A stretch of 64,000 nucleotides of DNA from Candidatus Fraserbacteria bacterium (GCA_947085185.1 CAMTVK010000019.1:1-64000), one strand, 5' to 3'. Positions 37,857-48,593 are shown, numbered from the stretch's first letter. Program-made: numbers and translations. The notes: generated by a model not told the origin, from the sequence alone.

Positions 37857-38546
37857 GTGCGGCGGTTGATCATACAAGCGAGCATCGGGCTCTTGCTCGG
37901 CGTCTTGGCAGCCAGTCGCGTGCCGTGGCAGGAGTATATAGCCGTACGAGAGATCGCCGTCAAGGGTGGTGAGAGGATCCAAGCCGAGGCGGTCCTGCAG
38001 AGATTTCCGATCCAAATCGGAATGAATTGGCTGACGGCCGACACCGAGGCCGCGCGGCAGGCCCTCTTGCGTCTCCCTCCCGTCCGTGAAGCGCAAGTCG
38101 CGCGAGCCCTGTGGGGACGTATTCTCGTCACCATTCACGAACGGGAGCCGCTGGCCGTCGTCCAGCTGGGCAAACAGCTCTTCTGGATGGACACCGAAGG
38201 AGTCCTCTACCACCAGGCTGAGCAGGCGTTTGGGCCGGTTCTCCTCGAACCAGATGTGCAAGAGACCGAGCGCGGCCCACGCCTGGCCGATCTCTTCTTG
38301 CTCGTGCCCCTCAGCGCCCTGATGGCCGCGCCGGGGGATTTCTTGAATCGTATCTCTACTGTGCGTTTTGAAGGGAGCTCTATGAGAGTGTCTCTGCGGA
38401 ATGGCCCTGACGTCTGGCTGAACGCCTACGACGTGCGGGGGGAATTGCCACGCCTGCAACGGGTGTTGCGCGCGCTGGCCGCTCACAAGCTGCAGACGGT
38501 GGACCTGCGCTTTGAGCGCCTAGTCGTCGTTCGCAAAAGACGGTGA
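37857..38546 (+). CDS. ftsQ: Cell division protein FtsQ/DivIB
   Basis: TM segment, POTRA-like region, I.ER.P.A, C-terminal VDLRF; lies before ftsA. Confidence 0.85.
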   Translation: MRRLIIQASIGLLLGVLAASRVPWQEYIAVREIAVKGGERIQAEAVLQRFPIQIGMNWLTADTEAARQALLRLPPVREAQVARALWGRILVTIHEREPLAVVQLGKQLFWMDTEGVLYHQAEQAFGPVLLEPDVQETERGPRLADLFLLVPLSALMAAPGDFLNRISTVRFEGSSMRVSLRNGPDVWLNAYDVRGELPRLQRVLRALAAHKLQTVDLRFERLVVVRKRR

Positions 38547-38561
38547 GGTGGTGATCTGGGA

Positions 38562-39824
38562 ATGGGGGAGATCATTGTTGGCTTGGACATTGGCACCACG
38601 AAAGTCGTTGCCCTCGTCTGCAACGTCGAGGACTCGCACATCGAGATCATTGGGATGGGCAAAGCCCCATCTCGCGGGCTCGAGAAGGGCGTAGTCGTAG
38701 ACATCGGCGAGACCACAGCTTCGATTAAGCGCGCCATCGAAGAAGCCGAGAACATGGCCGATGTCAAGATCGAGCGCGTCTACGCGGGCATCGCGGGAAA
38801 ACACATCTCTTCGATCAACAACTCTGGGACCGTCTCGATCTCGCGGGACACAAAGATCATTACACTCGATGACGTGCAACGGGTGATCGACACCGCGCAG
38901 GCCGTGCAGATCACCCCAGACAGCCAGCTCATCCACGTCATCCCCAGGCAGTATATCGTCGACGGACAAGAGGGAATCACGGACCCCGTCGGTATGACCG
39001 GGACTCGGCTCGAAGTGGACGTGCACATCGTGACCGGCTCGATCACAGCTGTGCATAATATTCGACGCTGCGTGGAAAACCTTGGGATCGAAGTCGAGCA
39101 GATCGTGCTCCAGCCATTGGCCAGCAGTTATGCGATCTTGAACGAGGCCGAAAAAGAGCTTGGCGTCGCCCTGATGGACATCGGGGGCGGGACGACCGAT
39201 ATCGCGATCTTCCGCGGCGGCGACATCTGGTTCAGCAAGATCCTGCCCATCGCCGGAGAGCATATCACCAACGACATCGCAGTAGGCCTGCGAGTCAGCT
39301 ACGAAGAGGCCGAACGCATCAAGATCCAAGAGGGCCTCCCCAGAATCCTCGACGAAGCCGCCGAAGAAGAACGCATCGAGATCACGACGATCAGCGAAGA
39401 GAAGAAGCTCATCGCCAAGAGAAAGCTCGCGAAGATCATCGAGCCCAGGCTCGAAGAGCTGTTTGATCTCGCCATGGGAGAGATCGAGAACGTCGGGTAT
39501 CGCGATCTCATCCCTGCGGGGATCGTCCTGACCGGCGGAACTTCGCTGTTGAAAGGGCTCCCGGAGTTCGTCTCCGAGCGCTACGACATCTCGGTGCGCC
39601 GGGGGAGGAACCCTCAGGGGATTCACGGATTGCGAGACATCGTCGAGAGCCCCGTGTATTCTACAGTGATCGGCCTGGTGAAGTACGCCGTGGAATCGAA
39701 GGAGTATCTGCACCGGTTTGGCGAATATTCTAGGCCTCGCTCGTGGGGGATCACCCGCAACCGGGGTTTCTCTGGGCTTTTGGGGAAGTTACTGCGCTGG
39801 TTCACCCGATTCTTCCGAGGTTAG
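38562..39824 (+). CDS. ftsA: Cell division protein FtsA
   Basis: GLDIGTTKV, DIGGGTTD, VLTGG. Confidence 0.97.
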   Translation: MGEIIVGLDIGTTKVVALVCNVEDSHIEIIGMGKAPSRGLEKGVVVDIGETTASIKRAIEEAENMADVKIERVYAGIAGKHISSINNSGTVSISRDTKIITLDDVQRVIDTAQAVQITPDSQLIHVIPRQYIVDGQEGITDPVGMTGTRLEVDVHIVTGSITAVHNIRRCVENLGIEVEQIVLQPLASSYAILNEAEKELGVALMDIGGGTTDIAIFRGGDIWFSKILPIAGEHITNDIAVGLRVSYEEAERIKIQEGLPRILDEAAEEERIEITTISEEKKLIAKRKLAKIIEPRLEELFDLAMGEIENVGYRDLIPAGIVLTGGTSLLKGLPEFVSERYDISVRRGRNPQGIHGLRDIVESPVYSTVIGLVKYAVESKEYLHRFGEYSRPRSWGITRNRGFSGLLGKLLRWFTRFFRG

Positions 39825-39833
39825 GGGGTCTGT

Positions 39834-40913
39834 ATGGGCCGCAACGGGTTGGCACGGATCAAAGTGATCGGCGTTGGAGGCGGGGGCGGCAACGCCGTGG
39901 ACCGCATGAAGAAAGCCAAAGTCAAAGACGTCGAACTGATCGTGGTCAACACCGACGCACAGGTGCTTTCGATCATAGAAGCCGATCGGACTGTGCAGAT
40001 TGGGGCGAAGCTCACCGCGGGATTGGGGGCTGGGGGAAACCCTGAGATTGGACGGAAGGCCGCAGAAGAGTCTGAAGCTGAGCTTGCAGAGCTGCTCGAA
40101 GACACCGATATGGTCTTCCTCACCGTAGGGATGGGTGGGGGCACGGGGACCGGGGCCTCGCCGGTGATCGCGCGGCTGGCCCGCGAGGCCGGCATCTTGA
40201 CCGTCGCTATCGTCACCAAGCCCTTCTCGTTTGAGGGGCGGCTCCGAGCAGAGCGCGCCAAAAAGGGCATCGAAGAGCTCCGCCAATACGTGGACACGCT
40301 CATCGCTATCCCCAATGATCGTCTGCTGAAGGTCGCCCCCCCCGATATGCCCTTGGTGAAAGCATTCGAGCTGGCCGACGACATCTTGCGCCAGGGGGTG
40401 CAAGGCATCTCAGATCTGATTACGACCCCAGGGATGATCAATCTCGACTTTGCCGACGTCGAAGCGACGATGCGTAACGCCGGGACGGCCCTCATGGGTA
40501 TCGGCGAAGGGGAGGGCGAAAATCGCACCCGCGACGCGGCCCGCAACGCCATCACCAGCCCCCTCCTAGAGGGATCCATCGAAGGGGCTCAAAAACTCAT
40601 CTTAAATATTACGGGAGGGCCGGATCTCTCGCTCGAAGAGGTGACCGAGGCCGCATCGCTCGTACAAGACACGCTCTCCGACCAAGCCGATATCTTCTTT
40701 GGCGCGGTCGTGCGCGAGGGCTACGACCGAGTGCGGATCACCGTGATCGCCACAGGGTTCAAAGAGCACGAAGAGCTCTCCAAAGAAGAGAAGATCGAGC
40801 GCGGCATAGACGACGAAGAAGAGATGATCGAGAAGGTCGAGCGCAGCATCCGCAAGGCCCATTCCGACGATTGGGACATCCCCACATTCTTACGCAAGCG
40901 CAAGAACGATTAG
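39834..40913 (+). CDS. ftsZ: Cell division protein FtsZ
   Basis: GVGGGGGNAV, GMGGGTGTG, NLDFAD, DIPTFLR. Confidence 0.98.
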   Translation: MGRNGLARIKVIGVGGGGGNAVDRMKKAKVKDVELIVVNTDAQVLSIIEADRTVQIGAKLTAGLGAGGNPEIGRKAAEESEAELAELLEDTDMVFLTVGMGGGTGTGASPVIARLAREAGILTVAIVTKPFSFEGRLRAERAKKGIEELRQYVDTLIAIPNDRLLKVAPPDMPLVKAFELADDILRQGVQGISDLITTPGMINLDFADVEATMRNAGTALMGIGEGEGENRTRDAARNAITSPLLEGSIEGAQKLILNITGGPDLSLEEVTEAASLVQDTLSDQADIFFGAVVREGYDRVRITVIATGFKEHEELSKEEKIERGIDDEEEMIEKVERSIRKAHSDDWDIPTFLRKRKND

Positions 40914-42040
40914 AAGTCCATTCTGATGGGCATACAGACGTATAAGAAGCCCTGATCCGCTTCGCTGTCCCCTGGCTCAAGCAGCCCGGCACTCTCCGCA
41001 TCCGCCACCCACAGATGCACTTCATCGCTCTGGAGACGCTTGAGCGCATCTATGAGATACTCCGCGCGAAAGCTGATCTTTATAGCTTGGGCCTTCTTTT
41101 TGAGGGGCAGCACCTCGCGGGCTTCGCCCTTCTCCGCTGCTTGAGAGCTGAGCACAAGCTGCGAGTCCTCGACGCTCAAGATGACCGCATTCGACTCCTC
41201 CGCAGCAGTGATCTGTGCCCGCTGCAACGCTTCTAAGAAGAGCTTTCTGTCGAGAGAGAGTCCAATGGGATTTTCTTTGGGGATGACCTTCTCAAAGTCG
41301 GGATAGGCCTCTTCAATGAGCCGCCCCACGAAGACCACCGAGCCGACTTTAAAGAAGAGATAATTTTCAGCGTGATAGAGTTCCGCGTGCTCGGCATCGA
41401 GCTGTGCCATAATACTAACGAGATCGCGCAGGGAGTCCGCGGCGACCAAAAACTCCCCCTCACGAGAGGCCTTCTGCACCAAAGACTCCGCTTTGAGCGC
41501 CAGACGATACCCGTTCGTCGCTACGACCTTGAGCGTCTCTTTCTCAAGGACTATATTGACCCCCGTCAGGCTCAACCGAGACGTCTCGCGCGCCGACAGC
41601 GCCGCATACACGACCAGCTCTAAGCTGCGCTCAAGCTGCTTCTTCCCCACCGTGCAGATGGGCTTCTCCGGCAGCGCTGGGACTTCAGGGTAGTCCTCCA
41701 ACGACAGCCGAAAGAGATCGAACGTCGCCCCACCGGAGGTGAGCTCGACTTTCCCCGTGCCGGAGATCGTCTTCAGCTCTACGGTCTCTGCCGGCAGGGT
41801 GCTAGCGATCTTCACCAGCAATTCGCCGTTGAGCACAAGTGCCTCGTCTCCTCCACGGTTCTCTATGGGGACGGAGCACCACAGAGCCCGCTCCAAGTCG
41901 GTCGCGTAGAGCATGAGCTGATGTTTTTTGGTCTCCAGCTTCAGCCCCGCTAAGATGGGCATGCTCGTGGCTTTCCCTAAAGCCCGGCTGACGATCTTGA
42001 CCCCAGAGAGAAATTCATTCCGTCTGCATGAAAACTCCAT
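40910..42040 (-). CDS. dnaN: DNA polymerase III beta clamp
   Basis: MPILAG, ATDLE, VATNGYRLA, YP.FE.VIP, MPIR. Confidence 0.93.
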   Translation of the reverse strand: MEFSCRRNEFLSGVKIVSRALGKATSMPILAGLKLETKKHQLMLYATDLERALWCSVPIENRGGDEALVLNGELLVKIASTLPAETVELKTISGTGKVELTSGGATFDLFRLSLEDYPEVPALPEKPICTVGKKQLERSLELVVYAALSARETSRLSLTGVNIVLEKETLKVVATNGYRLALKAESLVQKASREGEFLVAADSLRDLVSIMAQLDAEHAELYHAENYLFFKVGSVVFVGRLIEEAYPDFEKVIPKENPIGLSLDRKLFLEALQRAQITAAEESNAVILSVEDSQLVLSSQAAEKGEAREVLPLKKKAQAIKISFRAEYLIDALKRLQSDEVHLWVADAESAGLLEPGDSEADQGFLYVCMPIRMDF

Positions 42041-42042
42041 AC

Positions 42043-42675
42043 TTACTCGTTCCCTCCTTGTCGGTGCAGAAGCGACTGAACGATTTCCCAAATCTGTTCC
42101 GCCAGCTCTTGGGCCGGGCGCGTCGCATCGAGCAAGACGCTGCGCGGGATCTTGTGCGCAAGTTCACAATATCCCTGCCGCACGCGCTCGTGAAATGCTC
42201 GCCCCGCTCGCTCCAACCGATCGAACGCCTCCCTCTTGCGCGCCCGTGCCAGCTCGATGGGAAGATCGAGAATGATCGTGAGAGACGGCTCTATCCCATC
42301 GGTGGCTATCTCGTTCAAGTGCTGCACGAGAGCGAAGTCGAGGCCGCGACCATAGCTCTGATACGCCAAGCTCGCCAAAGCGAAGCGGTCCGAAAGCACC
42401 ACGCGCCCGTCTTTGAGCGCCGGACGGAGCACCGCACGGGTCAGCTCGCTGCGCGAGGCCTCATAGAGCAAAAGCTCCGTCATGGGGTCCATCTCCAACG
42501 GGCGCTCCAGCACAATCTGCCTGATCTGCTCCCCCACAGGGGTAGACCCAGGCTCACGAAGCACAAGGGCCTCGATGCCGTACCCGCGCAAACGCTCTTG
42601 TAACGCGTGAATCTGCGTAGATTTCCCGCTGCCATCAATCCCCTCAAACACAATGAAGACGCCCTCATGGCTCAT
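42043..42675 (-). CDS. tmk: Thymidylate kinase
   Basis: FEGIDGSGKSTQ, REPG, DRF..S.AYQ. Confidence 0.96.
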   Translation of the reverse strand: MSHEGVFIVFEGIDGSGKSTQIHALQERLRGYGIEALVLREPGSTPVGEQIRQIVLERPLEMDPMTELLLYEASRSELTRAVLRPALKDGRVVLSDRFALASLAYQSYGRGLDFALVQHLNEIATDGIEPSLTIILDLPIELARARKREAFDRLERAGRAFHERVRQGYCELAHKIPRSVLLDATRPAQELAEQIWEIVQSLLHRQGGNE

Positions 42676-43145
42676 ACGTGCTCCTGCTCAGTAACACCGT
42701 GATGGGCCAGCAGCGCCAAGAGCACCAAGCCCGTCCCAACAACGATCGCCGTGTCGGCGAAATTGAACACAGGCCAACTGAAATCCTGCCAACGCAGCTC
42801 GAGAAAATCTATGACCGCGCCCCGGGTGAAACGATCTATTAAGTTCCCTAAAGCTCCCCCAGCGATACAGATCAGCCCGACGGTCAGAGCTCGGCGCTGG
42901 GGCCCCCCACACAACAACATCCCCATAATCCCTACGCTGACAATAACCCCAAGAACCGCGATCACACCCCCAAAGCCCTGAAAGAGCCCAAACGCCCCCC
43001 CCTCATTGGAAGTAAGCGTCAGACGCAAAAATCCATCTATAATTTCGACGGGTCGCCCAGGCTCTAAAGCCCTGAGAGCCAGCGCCTTGCTCACTTGATC
43101 GAGCGCTACTATCCCGGCAATGGCCAACAATCTCCGTCGCCTCAT
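42672..43145 (-). CDS. lspA: Lipoprotein signal peptidase
   Basis: DQ..K, NEGGAFG, GGALGNLIDR, VIDF, FNFAD. Confidence 0.95.
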   Translation of the reverse strand: MRRRRLLAIAGIVALDQVSKALALRALEPGRPVEIIDGFLRLTLTSNEGGAFGLFQGFGGVIAVLGVIVSVGIMGMLLCGGPQRRALTVGLICIAGGALGNLIDRFTRGAVIDFLELRWQDFSWPVFNFADTAIVVGTGLVLLALLAHHGVTEQEHV

Positions 43146-43230
43146 TGGGCACAGTATAGCGACCAGAACAAGAAAAATCAATTTGCAGTTCCGTGCTCTT
43201 TGCTTTATACTCTAACAGAGGTGAAGCCTG

Positions 43231-44868
43231 ATGACCGCTAAGCCCTGGCTCCGACATTACCCCGACGACATCCCACCCACCCTGAATTATCCAGAAAAGC
43301 CCCTCTATGACTTTCTCGATCGCTCCGCCCTCTCTCACGAGAGAGCGCCAGCACTCATCTTCTTCGGGCAACGGATCAGTTATGGACAGCTCCGCGAGCT
43401 CACCGATCGCTTCGCTGCAGCTCTCGCACAGATCGGAGCCAAGCCCGGCGAAAAGATCTCCCTGATGCTCCCTAACATCCCCCAGTTTGTGATCGCGTTC
43501 TATGGCGCGCTCAAAGCGGGCCTCACCGTCGTCCAGACGAACCCTCTGTACACCGAAGACGAACTCCTCGTTATATTAAAAGACTCCCAAGCCGAGACGC
43601 TCATCACGCTCGATCGCTTCTATGAAAAAGTCCTGCATGTCCGAGAGCAAACTCATCTCAAGCGCGTCATCGTCACCGGGGTCCAAGAGTTCTTCCCCGG
43701 GTTGCTGCGCTTGGGATATCTCCTCAAAGAGCGCCCGAAGAGAATAAGACCAGCTCCTCCGAACGTCTATCTCTTCTCTGATTTGATTCGCCATGCCCCA
43801 GCGCATCCTCCAGAGATCCCCGTGAAAAGCAGCGATATCGCACTCTTTCAGTACACAGGGGGAACGACGGGGATTCCCAAGGGGGCCATGCTCACTCATA
43901 AGAATCTCGTCGCGAACACGCTGCAAGCGTGCTCGTGGTTCCCTCGCGCCCGACCTGCCCAAGAGACGTGTCTGTGTGTGCTCCCTCTCTTCCATGTCTA
44001 CGCCATGACCGTCGCGCTCAATCTCTCTATGGCGCTTGCGGCAGGGCTCATCTTGGTCCCACGCTTCCAGATAGACGAGCTCTTAAAGATCATAGATCGT
44101 GAACGCCCTACGCTCTTTCCCGGTGCCCCTACGCTCTACGCCGCTATCGCCAACCATCCACGAGTGAAAGACTATCATGTCAGTTCCATCAAAGCATGCC
44201 TCAGCGGTTCCGCCCCGCTCCCGCTGGAAGTCAAACGGCGCTTTGAAGAGCTGACCGGCGCGGCGCTCGTCGAGGGCTACGGGCTTTCAGAAGCTTCCCC
44301 GGTGACCCATTGCAACCCGCTCTATGGGAAGCAAGTGTCAGGGAGCATCGGCATCCCCCTCCCCGATACCGACGCGAAGATCGTCGATCCAACTTCGGAG
44401 CGCGAGCTGCCCCTTGGAGAGATCGGAGAGCTCGTCGTAAGCGGCCCTCAAGTGATGGCGGGCTATTGGAACCGCCCGGAGGAGACCGCTCTTGCGCTGC
44501 GCGGCGGCTGGCTCCATACGGGCGACCTCGCGCGCATGGACCAAGACGGCTATTTCTATATCGTGGACCGCCTCAAAGAGATGATCATCTGTTCTGGATT
44601 AAAAGTCTATCCCCGCGAGGTCGAAGAGGTCTTATATAAGCATCCCAAGGTGCTCGAAGCTGCGGTCATTGGGGTTCCCGACGCCTATCGCGGCGAGACC
44701 GTCAAGGCGCTCATCGTCCCTAAGCCCGGGACAAACCCAACAGCCGAGGAAATCAAGAGATTCTGCGCTGAGCACCTAGCCAAATATAAAGTCCCAACGA
44801 TCGTCGAGTTCCGTGAAGTGCTGCCCAAGAGCATCATTGGGAAGGTTTTAAAGAAAGACCTGCGATGA
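43231..44868 (+). CDS. fadD: Long-chain fatty acid-CoA ligase
   Basis: YTGGTTGIPKG, EGYGLSE, TGDLA, IGKVLK. Confidence 0.92.
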   Translation: MTAKPWLRHYPDDIPPTLNYPEKPLYDFLDRSALSHERAPALIFFGQRISYGQLRELTDRFAAALAQIGAKPGEKISLMLPNIPQFVIAFYGALKAGLTVVQTNPLYTEDELLVILKDSQAETLITLDRFYEKVLHVREQTHLKRVIVTGVQEFFPGLLRLGYLLKERPKRIRPAPPNVYLFSDLIRHAPAHPPEIPVKSSDIALFQYTGGTTGIPKGAMLTHKNLVANTLQACSWFPRARPAQETCLCVLPLFHVYAMTVALNLSMALAAGLILVPRFQIDELLKIIDRERPTLFPGAPTLYAAIANHPRVKDYHVSSIKACLSGSAPLPLEVKRRFEELTGAALVEGYGLSEASPVTHCNPLYGKQVSGSIGIPLPDTDAKIVDPTSERELPLGEIGELVVSGPQVMAGYWNRPEETALALRGGWLHTGDLARMDQDGYFYIVDRLKEMIICSGLKVYPREVEEVLYKHPKVLEAAVIGVPDAYRGETVKALIVPKPGTNPTAEEIKRFCAEHLAKYKVPTIVEFREVLPKSIIGKVLKKDLR

Positions 44869-45500
44869 ACTGCGGCGATATCTCTCTGTGCTTTGCTGTT
44901 GCGGCTTCTCAGAGCTCGCTGAACTGGCTCACCCCACAAGAGATGCGCGCTCTGGAGCGGATCACATCCGAGCAGCATCGCCGGGACTGGCTTGCCGGAC
45001 GGAAAGCCGCCAAAGAGCTTCTTCGACGATACTTTCTCTCAACAGGGCTTGCACTTAATGCAGCTCAGATCGAGATTGCCAATGACGAGCACGGGGCCCC
45101 CTATCTTGTGAGCCCTTCTCCAGCTCCTCTCATCTCGATCGCGCACAGCGCCGGACATGGCTTCGCCGGCCTGTGCGCGCACCGTTCTATCGGAGTAGAT
45201 CTCCAACAAATACGCCCAGTGCGCCCCACACTCCAAGAGCGCGTGCTCGCTGAGCACGAGCACAAGCAGCTCGCGGGCGCTAAGAGCAAAGAAGCAGAAA
45301 GAGAAGGGATACTCGTCTTCTGGGCGCTCAAGGAAGCGACCATCAAAGCTCAAAGAACTCGTCCTGCCCCAGCGTTCCGCGAGATCCTCGTGACCCTGAC
45401 AACACCAGGGCACGCAGAGATCTCTTGGCGATCCCAGAGATTCACAGCCCAGTGGGGCCGCTGGAGAGGGTTCATCTGGGCCTGGGTCTCTAACTGTTGA
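44865..45500 (+). CDS. Sfp-type 4'-phosphopantetheinyl transferase
   Basis: G.P, SIAHS, IGVDLQ, WALKEA..KA. Confidence 0.88.
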   Translation: MNCGDISLCFAVAASQSSLNWLTPQEMRALERITSEQHRRDWLAGRKAAKELLRRYFLSTGLALNAAQIEIANDEHGAPYLVSPSPAPLISIAHSAGHGFAGLCAHRSIGVDLQQIRPVRPTLQERVLAEHEHKQLAGAKSKEAEREGILVFWALKEATIKAQRTRPAPAFREILVTLTTPGHAEISWRSQRFTAQWGRWRGFIWAWVSNC

Positions 45501-47844
45501 GCTCGACGATCGTCACGCCGTCGCCGCCTTGGGTGGGCGGGGCAGACTCAAAGCTCTTCACGATGGGCAGGGTTGCCAAGTGCTTGCGAATCTCTTTGCG
45601 CAAGATGCCAGCGCCCTTGCCATGCACGATATACCCGCGCGTCAGCCCCGCTAACACTAAGCGATCTAAATAGAGATCGAGCTCCCGGAGGGCTTCACTG
45701 ACGGTCATGCCCCGCACGTTCAATTCTAATGCCGGAGCTGAAGCCACATCGAAATGCACCGAGATCGTGCGCCGCTCCGCCTCGCTCATCTGAGCGCGAG
45801 TTGGTTGGACCAAATCCGAGAGCTTGGCCCACAAGCGCAGCCCGCCCACATCCACTTCGATGCGTTCCGCAGCGACGATCTTTCGCACGACGCCGATCTT
45901 CTTAGACCCACGAAATTGCACAGGCAGCCCCTTCCGAAGCTGCTCCAAAGGGATAGGAACATCAGCGGGCTCTTGGCGGAGCTGCTGCCCTGCCTCAGCC
46001 AGACGACTGCCTAGCTCTTGGACTTCCTTGAGCTTTGCGCGCAGGCGTTCTTCATCGGCGCGCTGCTTGGCAATGTGTAAAGCCTCTTCTAAAGCCCCCC
46101 GCGCTTGTTTCAAGAGGTGCTCCAGACGGCGAAGCTCGTGAGTTAGGGCTTCTTCTTTGCGGCGGCGCAGTTCCTCAAGTTTTTGGGTATACTCGGCTTT
46201 GAGCTCTTCCAATTCGTGGGCACGCTGGCTTATCGCGAGCCGTTCGTGCGCGAGCTCGCTGCGCTCCTGCTGAAGCTTCTGAAGAACATCCTCGACCCGC
46301 ACTTGCCCTTCGGTCAAGTGCGTCTTCGCCAGAGCTACAACGTGCGGCGGCACCCCAAGGCGCTCCGCAATGATGAACGCATTGCTTGCGCCCACCCCTT
46401 CAACGATCTTATACGTGGGCGAAAGCGTCTCAATATCGAATGCGACAGAACAAGTCTTTAGCTTCGGATGCTGATATGCGAAGTGCTTGATCGCGCTCAA
46501 ATGCGTCGTAACGATAAGCTTGGCGTTGGAATCGAGCAATGTCTGTAGGAGCGCGATCCCCAAGGCTGCGCCCTCCGTAGGATCGGTGCCCGCACCAAGC
46601 TCGTCAATGAGCACCAAAGTCTGGGGATCTGCCTCGCGCAAGATCTCAACGAGATTTTTCATATGGGCAGAGAATGTACTGAGATTCTGCTGGATGGACT
46701 GCTCATCGCCGATGTCTGTAAAAATCTTCTGAAAGAGCACGATTGTGCTCTCAGGGGCAGCGGGAATGGGAATCCCCGATTGCGCCATGAGCGTCAGCAG
46801 CCCGACGGTCTTGAGCGAGACGGTCTTGCCGCCGGTGTTGGGCCCGGTGATGACCATCCCCTGGAAGGGTGCTCCCAGACGGATATCAATGGGCACAACG
46901 GCCGTCTGATCGAGCAAGGGATGGCGCGCCTCAATCAAGTGCAGGGGGCCATCTTGGGTGATCGTGGGACGGGAGCACCGCAAGTGCAGAGCAAACTGTG
47001 CTTTCGCGTAGAGCACATCAAAGTACGCTAAGATTTTGAGGGTCTCTTCGATCTTGCGGGTTTCGGCTTGCAGTTTTTTGGTGAGCTCGCGCATGATGGC
47101 AAGCTGTTCGTCGCGGATCTCCCCGTCCAGCTCACGGATCTCATTGTTCTCAGCGACGACAGAAGTCGGCTCGACGTAGAGCGTCTGTCCAGAGTCCGAG
47201 CTGTCATGCACCACTGCATCGAGCTCATAGCGAGCATTGCTCTTGATGGGGATGACGAACCGTCCGGAGCGCCGCGTGACCACGCTATCTTGTAATACCC
47301 CAGACCATTGCCCAGACTGAATGAGAGCTTGCAACCGACGCTGGACTCGCTCTTCTAGGGTGCGCCTTCGGCTGGTCAATTCGCGTAAGCGTGGTGAAGC
47401 GCTGTCGCGGACTTGGCCGTCGTCATCAAAGACTCTTACGATATTCTCTTCCAGCTCGCGGAAGACGTGTATCCGTTCGCCAAGCTCGCGCACCTGCGGA
47501 TAGTCGTCGAGGCGCATCAAGCGCTCGCGGAGGGTGCGTGCCTGACTGATAGCTTGATGGAGAGCGAGAAACTCTTCACCGCTCAGCGCAACTGTCTGAT
47601 GGGCATGGTGTAAGATAGGGCGGATATCCGGCAGTGGGCCAAGTGAGAGATCCGTGGCAAGCAATGCCTCTCGCAGCTCCTCGACGCGGTCCAGCTCCCG
47701 CTGCACCGTGGACAAGTCCGCGGATGGCCGCAAGTTCTCAATGAGCTCGCGCCCCACTTCCGAGCACGCAAAGCTCTTCAGAATCTCCTTGAGTCTCTCG
47801 TACTCCAGATCTTTGAAAGTCTTGGCGCTGGTAACGATGTTCAC
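45490..47844 (-). CDS. mutS2: MutS2 (with KOW and Smr domains)
   Basis: TGPNTGGKT, DELGAGTDP, C-terminal VHGKG.G...GGDGVT. Confidence 0.95.
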   Translation of the reverse strand: MNIVTSAKTFKDLEYERLKEILKSFACSEVGRELIENLRPSADLSTVQRELDRVEELREALLATDLSLGPLPDIRPILHHAHQTVALSGEEFLALHQAISQARTLRERLMRLDDYPQVRELGERIHVFRELEENIVRVFDDDGQVRDSASPRLRELTSRRRTLEERVQRRLQALIQSGQWSGVLQDSVVTRRSGRFVIPIKSNARYELDAVVHDSSDSGQTLYVEPTSVVAENNEIRELDGEIRDEQLAIMRELTKKLQAETRKIEETLKILAYFDVLYAKAQFALHLRCSRPTITQDGPLHLIEARHPLLDQTAVVPIDIRLGAPFQGMVITGPNTGGKTVSLKTVGLLTLMAQSGIPIPAAPESTIVLFQKIFTDIGDEQSIQQNLSTFSAHMKNLVEILREADPQTLVLIDELGAGTDPTEGAALGIALLQTLLDSNAKLIVTTHLSAIKHFAYQHPKLKTCSVAFDIETLSPTYKIVEGVGASNAFIIAERLGVPPHVVALAKTHLTEGQVRVEDVLQKLQQERSELAHERLAISQRAHELEELKAEYTQKLEELRRRKEEALTHELRRLEHLLKQARGALEEALHIAKQRADEERLRAKLKEVQELGSRLAEAGQQLRQEPADVPIPLEQLRKGLPVQFRGSKKIGVVRKIVAAERIEVDVGGLRLWAKLSDLVQPTRAQMSEAERRTISVHFDVASAPALELNVRGMTVSEALRELDLYLDRLVLAGLTRGYIVHGKGAGILRKEIRKHLATLPIVKSFESAPPTQGGDGVTIVELNS

Positions 47845-48593
47845 TTCAGGAGTCCTACGGTCAAGCCACCATCAACGATAATGCTCTGTCCACGGATCAT
47901 TTCGGCGTCGTCGCTGCAGAGAAATGCCACGACTTTGGCGATATCTTCGGGTTTGACCATCCGTCCTGCGGGGGTCAGCCGCGCGATGCGCTCTTTCTCG
48001 TCTTGGGGCATCATGTGGCTGAAGCCCGTCTCGTCCACAAGTCCTCCGCAGACGGCGTTCACCGCAATCTTAGGAGCAAGCTCGACGGCATAGCTGCGCG
48101 TGAGCGACTCAATCGCGGCTTTGGCCGCACCAAGCGCTCCGTAGTTGGGCAGATATGTGATGCTCCCTAAGCTCGTAATATTGATAATGGCACCCTGAGT
48201 CATCAGGGGAACCGTGTGCTTGATGCAGAGATTGATCGCTCTGAGATTGACGTCCCAGACGTGCTCCCAGTGCTTCTCTTCTAACTGTAACAAGGGGCGA
48301 AAGACCGCGGAAGCCGCGTTGTTCACCAAGATATCGAGCTTGCCAAACTCACTCTGAATCGCGGAGAACATCTGGGCGACGTCGTGTGGATCGGCGACGT
48401 CGGCTTTGATGACCAACGTGCGTCTGCCCAACTGAGTGAGCTCATGGGCGACGGCTTCGGCCTGGGCGCGGGTGCTGTTGCGCCGATGATTCAAGACAAC
48501 GTCAGCGCCGCGACGGCCAAGCTCAAGCGCAATAGCTCGACCGATCCCGCGGCTCGACCCTGTGACCAGCGCGACTTTTCCCTGCAAATCCAT
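47841..48593 (-). CDS. SDR oxidoreductase (FabL-like enoyl-ACP reductase)
   Basis: TGSSRGIG, NNAASAVFRP, SSLGS-like TSLGS, Y.ALG.AKAA. Confidence 0.8.
   Translation of the reverse strand: MDLQGKVALVTGSSRGIGRAIALELGRRGADVVLNHRRNSTRAQAEAVAHELTQLGRRTLVIKADVADPHDVAQMFSAIQSEFGKLDILVNNAASAVFRPLLQLEEKHWEHVWDVNLRAINLCIKHTVPLMTQGAIINITSLGSITYLPNYGALGAAKAAIESLTRSYAVELAPKIAVNAVCGGLVDETGFSHMMPQDEKERIARLTPAGRMVKPEDIAKVVAFLCSDDAEMIRGQSIIVDGGLTVGLLK

Noticed and set aside
38520..40579. Long minus-strand ORFs (397, 204 and 252 aa)
   Set aside because: Antisense shadows of ftsA and ftsZ, typical of GC-rich codon bias
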